Assembly: GCA_026394765.1 (NCBI GenBank)
Contig: JAPKXQ010000082.1
Coordinates: 1 to 59,676 of the forward strand
Length of the DNA stretch: 59,676 nucleotides
Direction: 5' to 3'
Source of the DNA: Methanomicrobiales archaeon
GTDB taxonomy: Archaea; Halobacteriota; Methanomicrobia; Methanomicrobiales; Methanospirillaceae
Shown here: in pieces, positions 50,634 through 59,676 of the stretch
How positions within the stretch are numbered: position 1 is the stretch's first letter
Layout: each line of letters starts with the position of its first letter
Notes under the pieces: model-generated
Database searches by the model: none
The model's input: the letters and a program-made list of their open reading frames with translations, nothing else
Told to the model about the DNA's origin: nothing
Position numbers and translations under genes: made by a program

Positions 50634-51152
50634 ATGAAGATCGGCAGTATCAATGCAAAGGTCTCGGTCCTCGCGATCGGGGTCTTTGTATTCTTTCTCA
50701 TTCTTTTGGTGATCACCTATGTAATCACCAGGAACTTGCAGATCCTTGCATGGGGCATCCCCACGCTTGCGTTTCTTCTAATCTTCCCACTCGGGCTCAA
50801 CTACCTGAGTCAGAGCCAGTACGCATCGATGATCCCCCAGTACGAGAGAGAAGCTCGCCCAGTGAGGATCCGCGCAATTGGACTCCATATGCTCAGCGAG
50901 CCCGTTCGGTTCGAAGGAGTTGTTGAACGTGTGTACTTCCAGTTCATAAACCGCCCACAGTTCTTAATCGCTGACAAGAGCGGGGAGATCTCGGTGAAGA
51001 TGTTCACGAGCACCCAGGAGGAGATCAAAAAGGGCGATGTCGTGGAGGTGCTCGGCATGGTGATGAAACGCTATATCGTTAGCGGGGACGCAATCATCAA
51101 CTGTGTCTCTATTAGGAAGATCAAGAAGAGTGAGTCTTCAGGGCAGAAATGA
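50634..51152 (+). CDS. membrane-anchored OB-fold protein
   Basis: Two TM helices then VRFEGVVE...IADKSGEISV...KGDVVEVLG OB pattern. Confidence 0.8.
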   Translation: MKIGSINAKVSVLAIGVFVFFLILLVITYVITRNLQILAWGIPTLAFLLIFPLGLNYLSQSQYASMIPQYEREARPVRIRAIGLHMLSEPVRFEGVVERVYFQFINRPQFLIADKSGEISVKMFTSTQEEIKKGDVVEVLGMVMKRYIVSGDAIINCVSIRKIKKSESSGQK

Positions 51153-51200
51153 GGGATACGTCGCATTCGTGCGAAGGGCCCTCAAAGGCCAGCCCTTTTA

Positions 51201-52826
51201 TTAATTAAAGCCCCTCATCAGACCCTCGCGGGCAGGGTCCCGGACCGTTCGGTTCTCATGCGCAAGGAAGTCCTCGTAGAGGTGTATCCTTGTACTCACT
51301 GGAAATGGGATCCCGATCGTGCTTACCAGGGCGTCCCCACGGTCCAGGGTCTGGATCTCTGTGTCCATCCGCGAGAGGTCGTGCTTTGCGCTCGCTGCGA
51401 TCATCTCCCTGTCCCCCTTATCAGAGAGGCCCATCACCACGAAGGTGTTGAGCTGGGCAAGCACTCTCGGGTCGATGTTCTTGGGTTGCTGGGTGATGAC
51501 ACAGAGGCCGACACCAAACTTCCGCCCTTCCATGGCACACTCCCGAAAGACCTGGGTTGAGGACCCAAAAGATCCAAGGACGCGTTGTGCCTCCTCAATT
51601 GCAATGAGGACCTGGGGGAGGGCCCCGTCCCCCCCTGCTGCGAAGGCCTCCTGGGCAAGTTCCTGGTGATGGGCCATGATGGTGCGGGTGAGAATTGAGA
51701 GGACGAAGAGCTCGGCTCTTTCGCTCATCATCGGGATGTCTACCAAAACGACCCGGTTCTCCTTGAGATGTCGCTGGATCTCGGACAGGGCTGAACCAGA
51801 CTGGCGAAAGAAGGTGGAAGCGTACTTTTTCAGGTTCTCTATGCGGCGCTTTAAGACCCGGAGAGGACCGGGCATCGAGGTCCGGACCCGGTGCGCAATC
51901 TCCCGGTTCTTCCCGGTCATGTGTCGGTAAGACTCGCTGGTGAAGACTTCAGGGTCTAGGTCTTGGAAGAACTGGACAACCTCACTCCCAGGGATCTCAT
52001 CGAGGGCCTCTATAACCTCACGCTGCGGAGCAGAGAGATCATAGAGGGCTGATAAGTCACTCATCCTGAAGTCATCATAAGAGAACCAGAGGCGGTTGAT
52101 GCTGTACTGTCGTCTCTGATCCTCTCCGCGACTCGTAAACACCGAGAGGCCTCCGGTCCGGGAGGTGAAGTGTGAGAGCCCAAGAGTCTTTTTTCCCACA
52201 ATGGACTTCCCTCCTCCCTCCAGATACTCTCCATGGGGGTCGACGATTAGGAGCCCGAACTTGCGCTCTTTCATACATGACGCACAAAAGACCTTCATGA
52301 AGTTGCTCTTGCCCATCCCGGTCGTCGCAAAGACCCCCATGTGCTGAGGGAGGACTTGACTGGGGATTTTGACCAGGACTTCCCGTATGACCTCCTGGCC
52401 TGACTTCATCATTCCTACCTCTATATCACCCATGAGTGAGGAGAAGAGGAGGAAGTCCTCGTGGTCCGGGGGAGTGACTTGGGAGAACTTTACAGGGAGT
52501 GTCCTGGGCTTTTGGAACCTGCCATCCTTTCCCACGATCCCCAGGGGAACTGCCTCGACCCCCAGGTAGACGTCCTCGTCGAGCCCGTAGAACTGTGTTG
52601 TATAGGGGCGCGTATCCCAACTCGGGTCTGCGAAGTTGGACTCATGGGTGAGGTCTGTGACCTTGGCATAGAACCTGAGTTCCTTTACCGGGTCTTTTAC
52701 TGTTACGACCTCTCCGACATAGATCTCCTGGTAGTGGGGTACGATGAACCGGTAAGTGAGGACGTTATGCCCGATCAACCGAAACTTTGCGCTGTCCTGC
52801 ACTTTAGTAGCATCCAAATGTATCAT
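51201..52826 (-). CDS. herA: HerA helicase/translocase
   Basis: HMGVFATTGMGKS, DPHGEY, IEEAQ, EGRKFGVGLCVITQQP. Start at 52826 after a GGAG SD. Confidence 0.9.
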   Translation of the reverse strand: MIHLDATKVQDSAKFRLIGHNVLTYRFIVPHYQEIYVGEVVTVKDPVKELRFYAKVTDLTHESNFADPSWDTRPYTTQFYGLDEDVYLGVEAVPLGIVGKDGRFQKPRTLPVKFSQVTPPDHEDFLLFSSLMGDIEVGMMKSGQEVIREVLVKIPSQVLPQHMGVFATTGMGKSNFMKVFCASCMKERKFGLLIVDPHGEYLEGGGKSIVGKKTLGLSHFTSRTGGLSVFTSRGEDQRRQYSINRLWFSYDDFRMSDLSALYDLSAPQREVIEALDEIPGSEVVQFFQDLDPEVFTSESYRHMTGKNREIAHRVRTSMPGPLRVLKRRIENLKKYASTFFRQSGSALSEIQRHLKENRVVLVDIPMMSERAELFVLSILTRTIMAHHQELAQEAFAAGGDGALPQVLIAIEEAQRVLGSFGSSTQVFRECAMEGRKFGVGLCVITQQPKNIDPRVLAQLNTFVVMGLSDKGDREMIAASAKHDLSRMDTEIQTLDRGDALVSTIGIPFPVSTRIHLYEDFLAHENRTVRDPAREGLMRGFN

Positions 52827-53609
52827 GATAATCTCCAAAAAGGCTGTCCCAGGATTGTTTTCCCCCGCAGGTCTCGGCATACCCCTGGTATAGCAAACTT
52901 TTCAGCCGGGTCAGGTCACTTCCTTTCAAAGTGACCGCACGATGGACATCAAAGAGGGGGTAGGGGTAGCCGGGGATCCGTCCATCATCTGCACATCCAG
53001 CCAAAAAACCCATCACATGGTCCAATCTTTCAGGGTCAGCACCTTCCTGAACTTCGATACTTGCGCTGAAGCGGCCCCAGTGATCTCCTGATAGAGGGCA
53101 TCGAGGGGTGGAGTTGCACCCCGGCATGAGCCGTCGAAGAGGAGGCAGTCTCCGGGCATCAACCTCCCTGCAACTTCCCTTGCCACAAAGAGCTCGAGGA
53201 TCTCGCGCATCGAGGTAATGGCACGTGCAGGGTCATCGAATGAGGGGACAAAGCCCGGTGCACCTCCAAAGCACTCCTGGTAGAGGGCTTCGAACTCAGC
53301 CCTCCCAGAGTCTGACCCTGGTGCAGCGCACCAGACCGGGGTGAGCGCCCGCTCTACGACCGACCCGTCCTGGAACCTGCTCATGCCGGCCCTCATCGCT
53401 GCAATGGTGAGCCATCCACCCTCAGCGAGGAGGGCGTTGCTCCCATCGATGGCATAAAGCGTCCCCTCCCTCACAGGAGCTATTCCAACAAAGTCCTCTC
53501 TTACCAGCCTGCTCTGCAGGGCAAAGGCTGGTGCAGGGTCAGGCTGGACAAGGGTCTGGATCCTGGTAAGCACCCGTTCCACCGCAGACCTCCCAGATAT
53601 TCCTGCCAT
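52804..53609 (-). pseudogene. nurA: NurA nuclease, split by a frameshift and apparently internally deleted
   Basis: N-part (AIDGS, MRE.LE, LLFDGS) in one frame; C-part (GYPYPL.DVH..V) in another frame; lies between rad50 and herA. Confidence 0.8.
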
Positions 53610-53610
53610 C

Positions 53611-56600
53611 TCACCCGGCCTCCACAATCTCACTCGTCATATCATTGCGCATCCTGACCAGGAGTGTGTTCTCAAACTCTCCCTGGATCTCAGCGATATG
53701 CGATATCAGTATGATCTGCGGAAAGTAGGACTCCTGTGTCCTGAGTGCTGCAATGAGTCCTGCCCTTCGCTCTTCGTCCTGGCTGCCGAAGATCTCGTCA
53801 AAGATTAAGAACGTGCTCTCCTGCAGACCGTGGAGCCGTCCGAGATACCGGGAGAGCGCGATCCTTACTGCGACTGCAATGTCGTCCTGTTCTCCACCAC
53901 TGAAGCGCTCGATAGGGTAATCACCGCCGATATCACGGACAAAGATGTTGAAGTCACCGTCGATCAGGACCTGTTCGTACCGCCCGCCAGTAATCTCCCC
54001 CAGAACCTTTCCTGCCTCGTGCTCGAGGCCACTCCTGACCTTTCCTATCAGGTAGGTGACATAATTACCAATCAGTGAGCGTGTGAGAGTGATGAGCCGT
54101 GCCTCGTCCTCACAGGCACGGATCTGTTGTTCACATTGAGCAGCACGCAGAGCCCTCTCTTCGGCACTGCGGAGGTCCTCTGCGAGGTGGGCGAGGGTGG
54201 ACTCGATCCTTCCCCGTTCCTGACGCAGGTGCTGCTGAAATAAGTTTATCTCTGAGGCTCTCTCTCCAATCCTTGAGAGCGCAGTCGGATCATGGGGGTG
54301 TGCAGCAAGCACATCTTCTGTTGCCTGGAGTTCACGCTTCTTATCTGCGATAGCAGCCGTGAGCTCCTGATACCGTGCCTGGAGCCGTGGGAGTGCGTCG
54401 CGCAGCTCAACTTCGACAAGGAAACGGGTATGATCAGCCTGGGCCCTCACCCACTTTGCCTCTAATGCTGCATAGTCAGAATCGCGATATCCCAATGTGG
54501 AGACCTGAAGTGTGAGATCACGCTGTTCATGGCCGAGGTCTGCAAAGTCCCTGGTAAGTGTTCCCTCCTCCTGAGTAAGGGCGGGAATGGCGGTGATATG
54601 GGCGCTCAAGGTGAGGCACTCCTCGTAGGCACGCTGACATTCACTCATGCGGACCTTTGTTCTGCTCAGTGCATCGCAGTCATAGGCATAGGTCTCTACC
54701 CGCCGTGCGGCGTCATTGCGGCTTTTATACAGTTCCTCGAGATGCGCAAGGAGCCGGTCATGCTGCGCTCTGATCGCAACTGCCTGGGTAGTCTCACCCC
54801 GCAACTGAGCCGCCCGCGTCACCACCCGTTCAAGTTCCAGGACGCGGGCCTTTACCTCTGCATGCGCACCCGGGTCATAATCTTCAAGGCCCAGGTCCCG
54901 TATCATGACAGCCTCCTTTCGGGCATGCTCTCTGGCCTCTGCAACTGCCAGGAAGTGCGTCTCTGCTTCACGGGACAGTGCCGCGATCTCCTCGCGCAGG
55001 CGAGCGTGTTCAGTGCACTGCGTCTGAAGGTCCATCATCCGGGGAGAGAGTTGGGCCAGGGCTTTCAGAGCGGCATCTTTGCGCGAGGCCGCAGCAGACA
55101 AGCGTTGATTGAGTGCACCTTCATCGGCACGGTACTCGCCCATGAGGTCATGAAAATGGTCACCAAGGGTCTGATGGCAGAGAGGACAGGTGCCACCCTC
55201 ACCTGCCGCCAAGATCTCCTCCTGTCGTACATTCAGTTTTGCCAGTGCTTCGCGTACCTCTTCAATCTCGCGTGTTGCAAGGGCTACCGTGTTCTCATGC
55301 TGCCCGGTCTCAGCTTCAAGGACAAGGAGCGTGGATGCAGCCTTTCCAAGGTGTAGTTCCCGCTCTGTTTGTACGCGCCGCTTCTCAATGGCCATACGGT
55401 ATTTTACCTCTGTCTTAACGGCCACTTCTTCCCAGCGGACTCTTGTGCGGGCATGCTCAGCTGCACGAGCATTGCGGCGTTCATCTTCACGGGCGAGTAT
55501 AAGTCGCTCTTCTCCACCCGCAATAGATGCGAGTTCAATATCAACCTCGCGGAGGTGTGCGAGAGAGTCCCTAATAAGGGCTGCCTCACGTTCTGAGGCG
55601 ACCGTCTCGTCCCCATATCTTTTGAGGTCTGCCTGGGCACTGATGTACTCCTGTTCCTGTTCCAGGAGCGCCGCTAGCTGGGAAGTGACCTCTTTGAGGT
55701 CTGTCACGAGTGGCTGGATAACGGATAATCGGGCCTCATCAGCCCGGAGGGCCTGCAGCTTAGACTGTACTCCGCGAAGTTGGTGCTCCCGCTCTCCAGT
55801 CTTTGTCGTTACCAGCGCGAGTGCATGACTGATAGACTGGTGCATGGCCTTTTTCTGCTCCATTGCCTCGCGTTCTGCCACAACACCCGGATATTCCTGT
55901 TCAGCGGCAGAAAGTCGTGCAAATTCCTTATCGCCCTCATGTATACGTGAAATCTCTGCGCTAACATCCCGTACACCCTGGAGACACATCGAGAGCCAGG
56001 ACCTTGCAGTATCTGCAGTTCTGCGCAGATCCTGGAAATGGCGTGCAGTCTCTTCCAACCGTTCCCGCTCCTCTGCGAGTGCACGCAGGTGGTCCTCGCT
56101 GCTTGAGAGGGAGGCCAGGACTGCTTCAAGTTCACCAATGGCATTCTCCCTGGCTTTAAGGGTGCATGCGATACCGGCCCTGATCCCTTCAGGGTCCAGG
56201 CCGGAGAGAAGGCCTAATAGATTTACATGCTCGGACTCGGTCTTTGAGAGTGAGTTTTTGAGGGCATCTAGGACATGGACCCTGATACTCTCGATCCTGA
56301 GAACCTTTGAGAACCACTCTTTCCGTTCCGCAGGCTTTGCAGTGGTGAGGGCAGCGAGGTCCTTCTGGCCGGCATACATGGTGTAGCGCATGTCCTGTGG
56401 GTTCATTCCGGTTATCCGGATGACCTCACGATAAACCGCACTAACGCTCGTTGCGAGCTGACGGCCGTCCATATACAGGTCTGCGTCATGGAGGGTCCCA
56501 GCTCCCTGCCGCATCGTCCTCAGTATCCGGTAACGGTGTCCACAGGTATGAAAATCAAGGGATACCTCGCACCCTTCCCGGCCCTGTGCCTCTGCAGCGA

Positions 56601-56781
56601 TGATGAACTCCTTTTTAATACCGGTACCCTGGACACCATAGAACGCAAAGAGGACTGCTTCAACAATGCTGCTCTTCCCGGCGCCGTTGCTCCCGACTAT
56701 TCCTGTGATGCCGTCCAAAAACCTGATCTCAGCGGTGCGGTACCGCTTGAAGTTCTTAAGATAGAGCCTTTCAAGGAGCAT
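53611..56781 (-). CDS. rad50: Rad50 ATPase
   Basis: LKNFK.Y, GSNGAGKSS, long coiled coils with CPLC hook, FSGGE signature, IFDEIFGSQD, ISH. Confidence 0.95.
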   Translation of the reverse strand: MLLERLYLKNFKRYRTAEIRFLDGITGIVGSNGAGKSSIVEAVLFAFYGVQGTGIKKEFIIAAEAQGREGCEVSLDFHTCGHRYRILRTMRQGAGTLHDADLYMDGRQLATSVSAVYREVIRITGMNPQDMRYTMYAGQKDLAALTTAKPAERKEWFSKVLRIESIRVHVLDALKNSLSKTESEHVNLLGLLSGLDPEGIRAGIACTLKARENAIGELEAVLASLSSSEDHLRALAEERERLEETARHFQDLRRTADTARSWLSMCLQGVRDVSAEISRIHEGDKEFARLSAAEQEYPGVVAEREAMEQKKAMHQSISHALALVTTKTGEREHQLRGVQSKLQALRADEARLSVIQPLVTDLKEVTSQLAALLEQEQEYISAQADLKRYGDETVASEREAALIRDSLAHLREVDIELASIAGGEERLILAREDERRNARAAEHARTRVRWEEVAVKTEVKYRMAIEKRRVQTERELHLGKAASTLLVLEAETGQHENTVALATREIEEVREALAKLNVRQEEILAAGEGGTCPLCHQTLGDHFHDLMGEYRADEGALNQRLSAAASRKDAALKALAQLSPRMMDLQTQCTEHARLREEIAALSREAETHFLAVAEAREHARKEAVMIRDLGLEDYDPGAHAEVKARVLELERVVTRAAQLRGETTQAVAIRAQHDRLLAHLEELYKSRNDAARRVETYAYDCDALSRTKVRMSECQRAYEECLTLSAHITAIPALTQEEGTLTRDFADLGHEQRDLTLQVSTLGYRDSDYAALEAKWVRAQADHTRFLVEVELRDALPRLQARYQELTAAIADKKRELQATEDVLAAHPHDPTALSRIGERASEINLFQQHLRQERGRIESTLAHLAEDLRSAEERALRAAQCEQQIRACEDEARLITLTRSLIGNYVTYLIGKVRSGLEHEAGKVLGEITGGRYEQVLIDGDFNIFVRDIGGDYPIERFSGGEQDDIAVAVRIALSRYLGRLHGLQESTFLIFDEIFGSQDEERRAGLIAALRTQESYFPQIILISHIAEIQGEFENTLLVRMRNDMTSEIVEAG

Positions 56782-57922
56782 CAGGTATTCCCTCGTCGCG
56801 CTGCTGAAGGGCACGAGTGATAGCGTCTCTCCCCCGCGTGATCACCGCCGCCTCATCTGCGGGTTTTAGGTTGCTACGCTGCACAAACGCGGCAAACTCC
56901 TCCACATAATCGATTCCAATAAGGTCATCCCTCTCAGCCATGACCGGTTCATCTCCCGGAGTGAGGAACCGTACCGAGAGGTCGAGGAGGCCCTCACGTA
57001 GTGGTGCGAGGTCACGTGGCCTGATCTGCTTCACCCGCTCCCCATCAAGCCCTGCGATCCTGACCCTGACCATCGCTCCCTGGGGGATGGCATGCGTGGC
57101 AAGGGCATCTGCAAGCCTCGCAGAGAAGTCCCGTGGATGGGTCCCTGCACAGTCAAGGACACCCAGGTCCATCATCGGGGTATGGGGCAGTGGCAGGTGG
57201 GTGATCTCACCTCGGGAGAGATCGATTCCCAGACCACCTTTCAGATCTCTCACCTCCCCATAGGTGAGGTACTCGAGAGAACCGCTGTACCATGCATTGG
57301 CAGCCACCTCGACCTGGCCGTGGTAATGACCCAGTGCGATGTAGTCAAAAGCATCAGAGAGGATGGTCGCATCGATCTCAAGCTCTGCGACGGTCCTGAG
57401 CCGCTTGTCACGCAGAGTGCTCGCAAGCCCGTGAGAGACGAGGACATTGTGAAAGCCGCCATCGCAGGCGATTTTGTCAAATGCATGCCGGTAATCCGCA
57501 GGGGCGAGCATGTTGGGGATGAGGTGAAAGAGCGTATCTCCGATCTCAACGCGCTCATACCGGTAGGAATAGGCGGCATGGACCGTGGCGTGGTGATAGA
57601 GAAGGACCGTGAAGGGCGAACGGGTGTACCGCGTCTTTGGCATGCTATGGTTACCAGATATCAACACCAGGGGTATACCCGCTTCATCCAGCCGGGTGAG
57701 AGCATCGAGGACTGTGGTAAGTGCCGCGGTCTTGGGCTTCACCTGGTCAAAGAGGTCCCCGGCATGGATGATCACATCGGGTTTTTCCCGCACTATCGCT
57801 TCAACTGCGGCAAGGAAGTTGGAGTAGATGAGAGTCTCTCTCATGTTCATTCCCGTAGCAGGGTCAATAGCTGCCAGCTGTGACAGGCCGAGATGTGTGT
57901 CGGCGAAATGGGCGATCTTCAT
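56771..57922 (-). CDS. mre11: Mre11 nuclease
   Basis: ADTHLG, AGDLFD, GNH, SHG, DYIALGHYH, YSGS. Confidence 0.94.
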   Translation of the reverse strand: MKIAHFADTHLGLSQLAAIDPATGMNMRETLIYSNFLAAVEAIVREKPDVIIHAGDLFDQVKPKTAALTTVLDALTRLDEAGIPLVLISGNHSMPKTRYTRSPFTVLLYHHATVHAAYSYRYERVEIGDTLFHLIPNMLAPADYRHAFDKIACDGGFHNVLVSHGLASTLRDKRLRTVAELEIDATILSDAFDYIALGHYHGQVEVAANAWYSGSLEYLTYGEVRDLKGGLGIDLSRGEITHLPLPHTPMMDLGVLDCAGTHPRDFSARLADALATHAIPQGAMVRVRIAGLDGERVKQIRPRDLAPLREGLLDLSVRFLTPGDEPVMAERDDLIGIDYVEEFAAFVQRSNLKPADEAAVITRGRDAITRALQQRDEGIPDAP

Positions 57923-58069
57923 CAGTACAAGAGACTGAACTCCCAGCTCTTTTAAGGACGAGCCGTGCGGTGTGAAACTGTCGGGCAGGTCACGGGTGAG
58001 AGGTGAAGGTGACCGGTCCCCATGCGTCCTCAAATAGTTAGGGGGACGAGATAACCTTGGTGATCCCAT

Positions 58070-58252
58070 TTGTCGAGACGAGCTGTCGAGTCGGTATTTG
58101 ATGCGCTCTTCACTCTCACCGAGATCCGTGCCCTCTTGAGGACTACCGCCCCCGAACACCGGTTCATCCCACCGGAACGGGAACGCGCCGAGTCTCTCAT
58201 CCGGGACCTCGAAGATCAGGTGGCAAGCATCAGAAAGGAGCTCCTCACATGA
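58070..58252 (+). CDS. small SepCysE N-domain-like protein (SepCysSn-type)
   Basis: 60-aa two-helix ORF ALFTLTEIRALLRTTAPEHRF...ERAESLI, with an ATGA overlap onto pscS. Confidence 0.7.
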   Translation: MSRRAVESVFDALFTLTEIRALLRTTAPEHRFIPPERERAESLIRDLEDQVASIRKELLT

Positions 58253-59430
58253 GGTGTGCAGAAGGGATCGAGGTCAGGGACCTCGATGAGTGCTACATCA
58301 ACATCGACCCGATCCAGGTAGGGGGACGGCTGACCGTGGACGCGATGAAAGCGGTGATAGCATACGGGGACGGGTACTCAGTCTGCGACCACTGCCGCAA
58401 GCCATTCAGGCTCGACCATATCAAAACCCCACCCATTGACCGTTTCCATCGGGAACTCGCGGCCTTTATCGGGATGGAAGAGGCAAGAGTGGTCCCGGGT
58501 GCACGAAGGGGCTTTTCTGCCGTCACCGGTACTTATGTGGGAAAGGGCGACCCGGTCCTACTCACCACCCTCTCCCATTACACCGAAGTCCTCGCAGTAG
58601 AGTCAGTAGGAGGGGTCATCCGGGAGATCCCTGCTGAACTGGGCCATAATATCACAGCAGACGCTGCTGCAATGACTATTGAATCCGTCTTGCGGGAGTT
58701 TGGACGAGCCCCGTCCCTCCTGATGATCGACCACATCGATTACCAGTATGGCAATGTCCATGACGTGCAGGGAGTCGCACGTGTTGCCCACCAGTACGAC
58801 ATCCCGGTCCTCTACAACGGCGCATACAGCGTCGGGATACTCCCAGTGGATGGGAGGGATCTGGGTGTTGACTTCGTGGTGGGATCAGGGCATAAGAGCA
58901 TGGCGGCCCCGGCGCCTTCCGGAGTCCTTGCCACTTCCAAGGAGCGATCAACTGAGCTCTTTCGGACCACCACGGCAAAGACCGACCTTTCTTTGCGGAC
59001 ATTTGGGATAAAAGAGGTAATGCTACTGGGCTGTACTCTCATGGGAGTGACCCTGATAGGTATGATGGCTTCATTTCCAGCAGTCAGGGAGAGGGTCGGC
59101 CACTGGGACGAAGAGATTGCCAATGGTCGAAGGGTAGTTGAGGCACTGCAGAGGATCGAAGGCACCAAAGTTGTATCAGAACTGCCGCGGAAGCATACGC
59201 TCACCCGTATCGATACTTCGGGATCTTTTGACCGGGTCGCAAAGACCCATAAGAAGCGGGGATTTTTCCTCTCAAGTGCCTTAAAGGAACTGGGAATCGC
59301 GGGGACTATCCCCGGGGCAACCAAGGTCTGGAAGTTCAACACCTATGGGATGACCAGTCGGCAGGCAGAATATACTGCGAATGCGTTCCTCGCCATTGCA
59401 GAAGAGAACAAGATCCCGGTCTCATCATGA
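58249..59430 (+). CDS. pscS: Sep-tRNA:Cys-tRNA synthase
   Basis: INIDPIQVGGRLT, GDGYSVCDHC, GAR.G, GSGHKSMAA (PLP Lys), LLGCT. Confidence 0.96.
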   Translation: MRCAEGIEVRDLDECYINIDPIQVGGRLTVDAMKAVIAYGDGYSVCDHCRKPFRLDHIKTPPIDRFHRELAAFIGMEEARVVPGARRGFSAVTGTYVGKGDPVLLTTLSHYTEVLAVESVGGVIREIPAELGHNITADAAAMTIESVLREFGRAPSLLMIDHIDYQYGNVHDVQGVARVAHQYDIPVLYNGAYSVGILPVDGRDLGVDFVVGSGHKSMAAPAPSGVLATSKERSTELFRTTTAKTDLSLRTFGIKEVMLLGCTLMGVTLIGMMASFPAVRERVGHWDEEIANGRRVVEALQRIEGTKVVSELPRKHTLTRIDTSGSFDRVAKTHKKRGFFLSSALKELGIAGTIPGATKVWKFNTYGMTSRQAEYTANAFLAIAEENKIPVSS

Positions 59431-59621
59431 CGCTGGTCCTGGTTCTCTCTCCAAAGCAGTACGAGTCATCAAGATCTGGTAGATCGGTCCAGAAGGAGAA
59501 GAAGAATCTATGGCGTCAAAATAAGGTTGTTTTTCAGATAATTAAAATCCCTCAAGATTGCGTTATTTCACCTATTCATATCGAATGTGGCGTTACTATG
59601 ATAGATCCGTAGTGGTATATA

Positions 59622-59641
59622 GTAGTGGAACGTTACACTAC
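59622..59641. promoter_or_regulatory. 20-bp near-perfect palindrome, candidate operator
   Basis: GTAGTGGAAC|GTTACACTAC (one mismatch) directly after TATATA. Confidence 0.45.
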
Positions 59642-59676
59642 GTTATGAGTTATATCCGGAAGAACATCCGACATAA

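Noticed and set aside
53013..53127. Programmed -1 frameshift in nurA
   Set aside because: No slippery heptamer at the junction, and conserved central sequence is missing, so a deletion fits better.
54529..55828. Long plus-strand ORFs antisense to rad50
   Set aside because: Shadow frames produced by codon bias in a coiled-coil gene.
57092..57883. 263-aa ORF antisense to mre11
   Set aside because: Shadow ORF with no motifs.
51201..57922. HerA plus nuclease plus SMC-like genes as a novel anti-phage system
   Set aside because: Order and motifs match the well-known archaeal mre11-rad50-nurA-herA repair operon.
59427..59612. 61-aa ORF overlapping the pscS stop
   Set aside because: AT-rich with no recognisable motif; more likely intergenic, though not excluded.

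Overview
Core-genome window from a hydrogenotrophic methanogenic archaeon, most likely Methanomicrobiales. This is inferred from the methanogenesis markers Mmp2 and MtxX, SepCysS, archaeal MAT, histone, RFC, PolB and gene order. It holds two tRNAs (Thr-GGT, Lys-CTT), hypD, mat-hisGAB, histone, rfcL, the dtdA-ftsZ-secE-spt5-rpl11-rpl1-rpl10-rpl12 cluster, two moeA genes, ileS, thg1, a PRC-barrel gene, a site-2 protease, a DHH-mptE-radical SAM operon, an ABC exporter with a PrsW-like fusion, ilvD, cbiA, polB, mdh, pyrDK, an FNT channel, mre11-rad50-nurA-herA and pscS. I found no CRISPR array, integrase or transposase, and I cannot demonstrate a wholly new multi-gene system from the sequence alone. 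The best leads are: (1) an ABC permease fused to an intact PrsW-type protease module; (2) a 58-aa four-Cys protein missed by the ORF track ahead of the moeA pair; (3) a broken, internally deleted nurA in an otherwise intact repair operon; (4) the RCK-DHH/MptE/radical SAM-TRAM-HhH operon; (5) a STAS plus ThDP-enzyme pair; (6) a SepCysE-like mini-protein coupled to pscS; (7) an RNase Z-like arm on DTD2; (8) an L1-binding hairpin over the rpl1 RBS; (9) a multiply frameshifted CMD-family remnant. All family calls come from motif recognition by eye, not from database searches. Starts were adjusted by eye where the ORF track over-extends.
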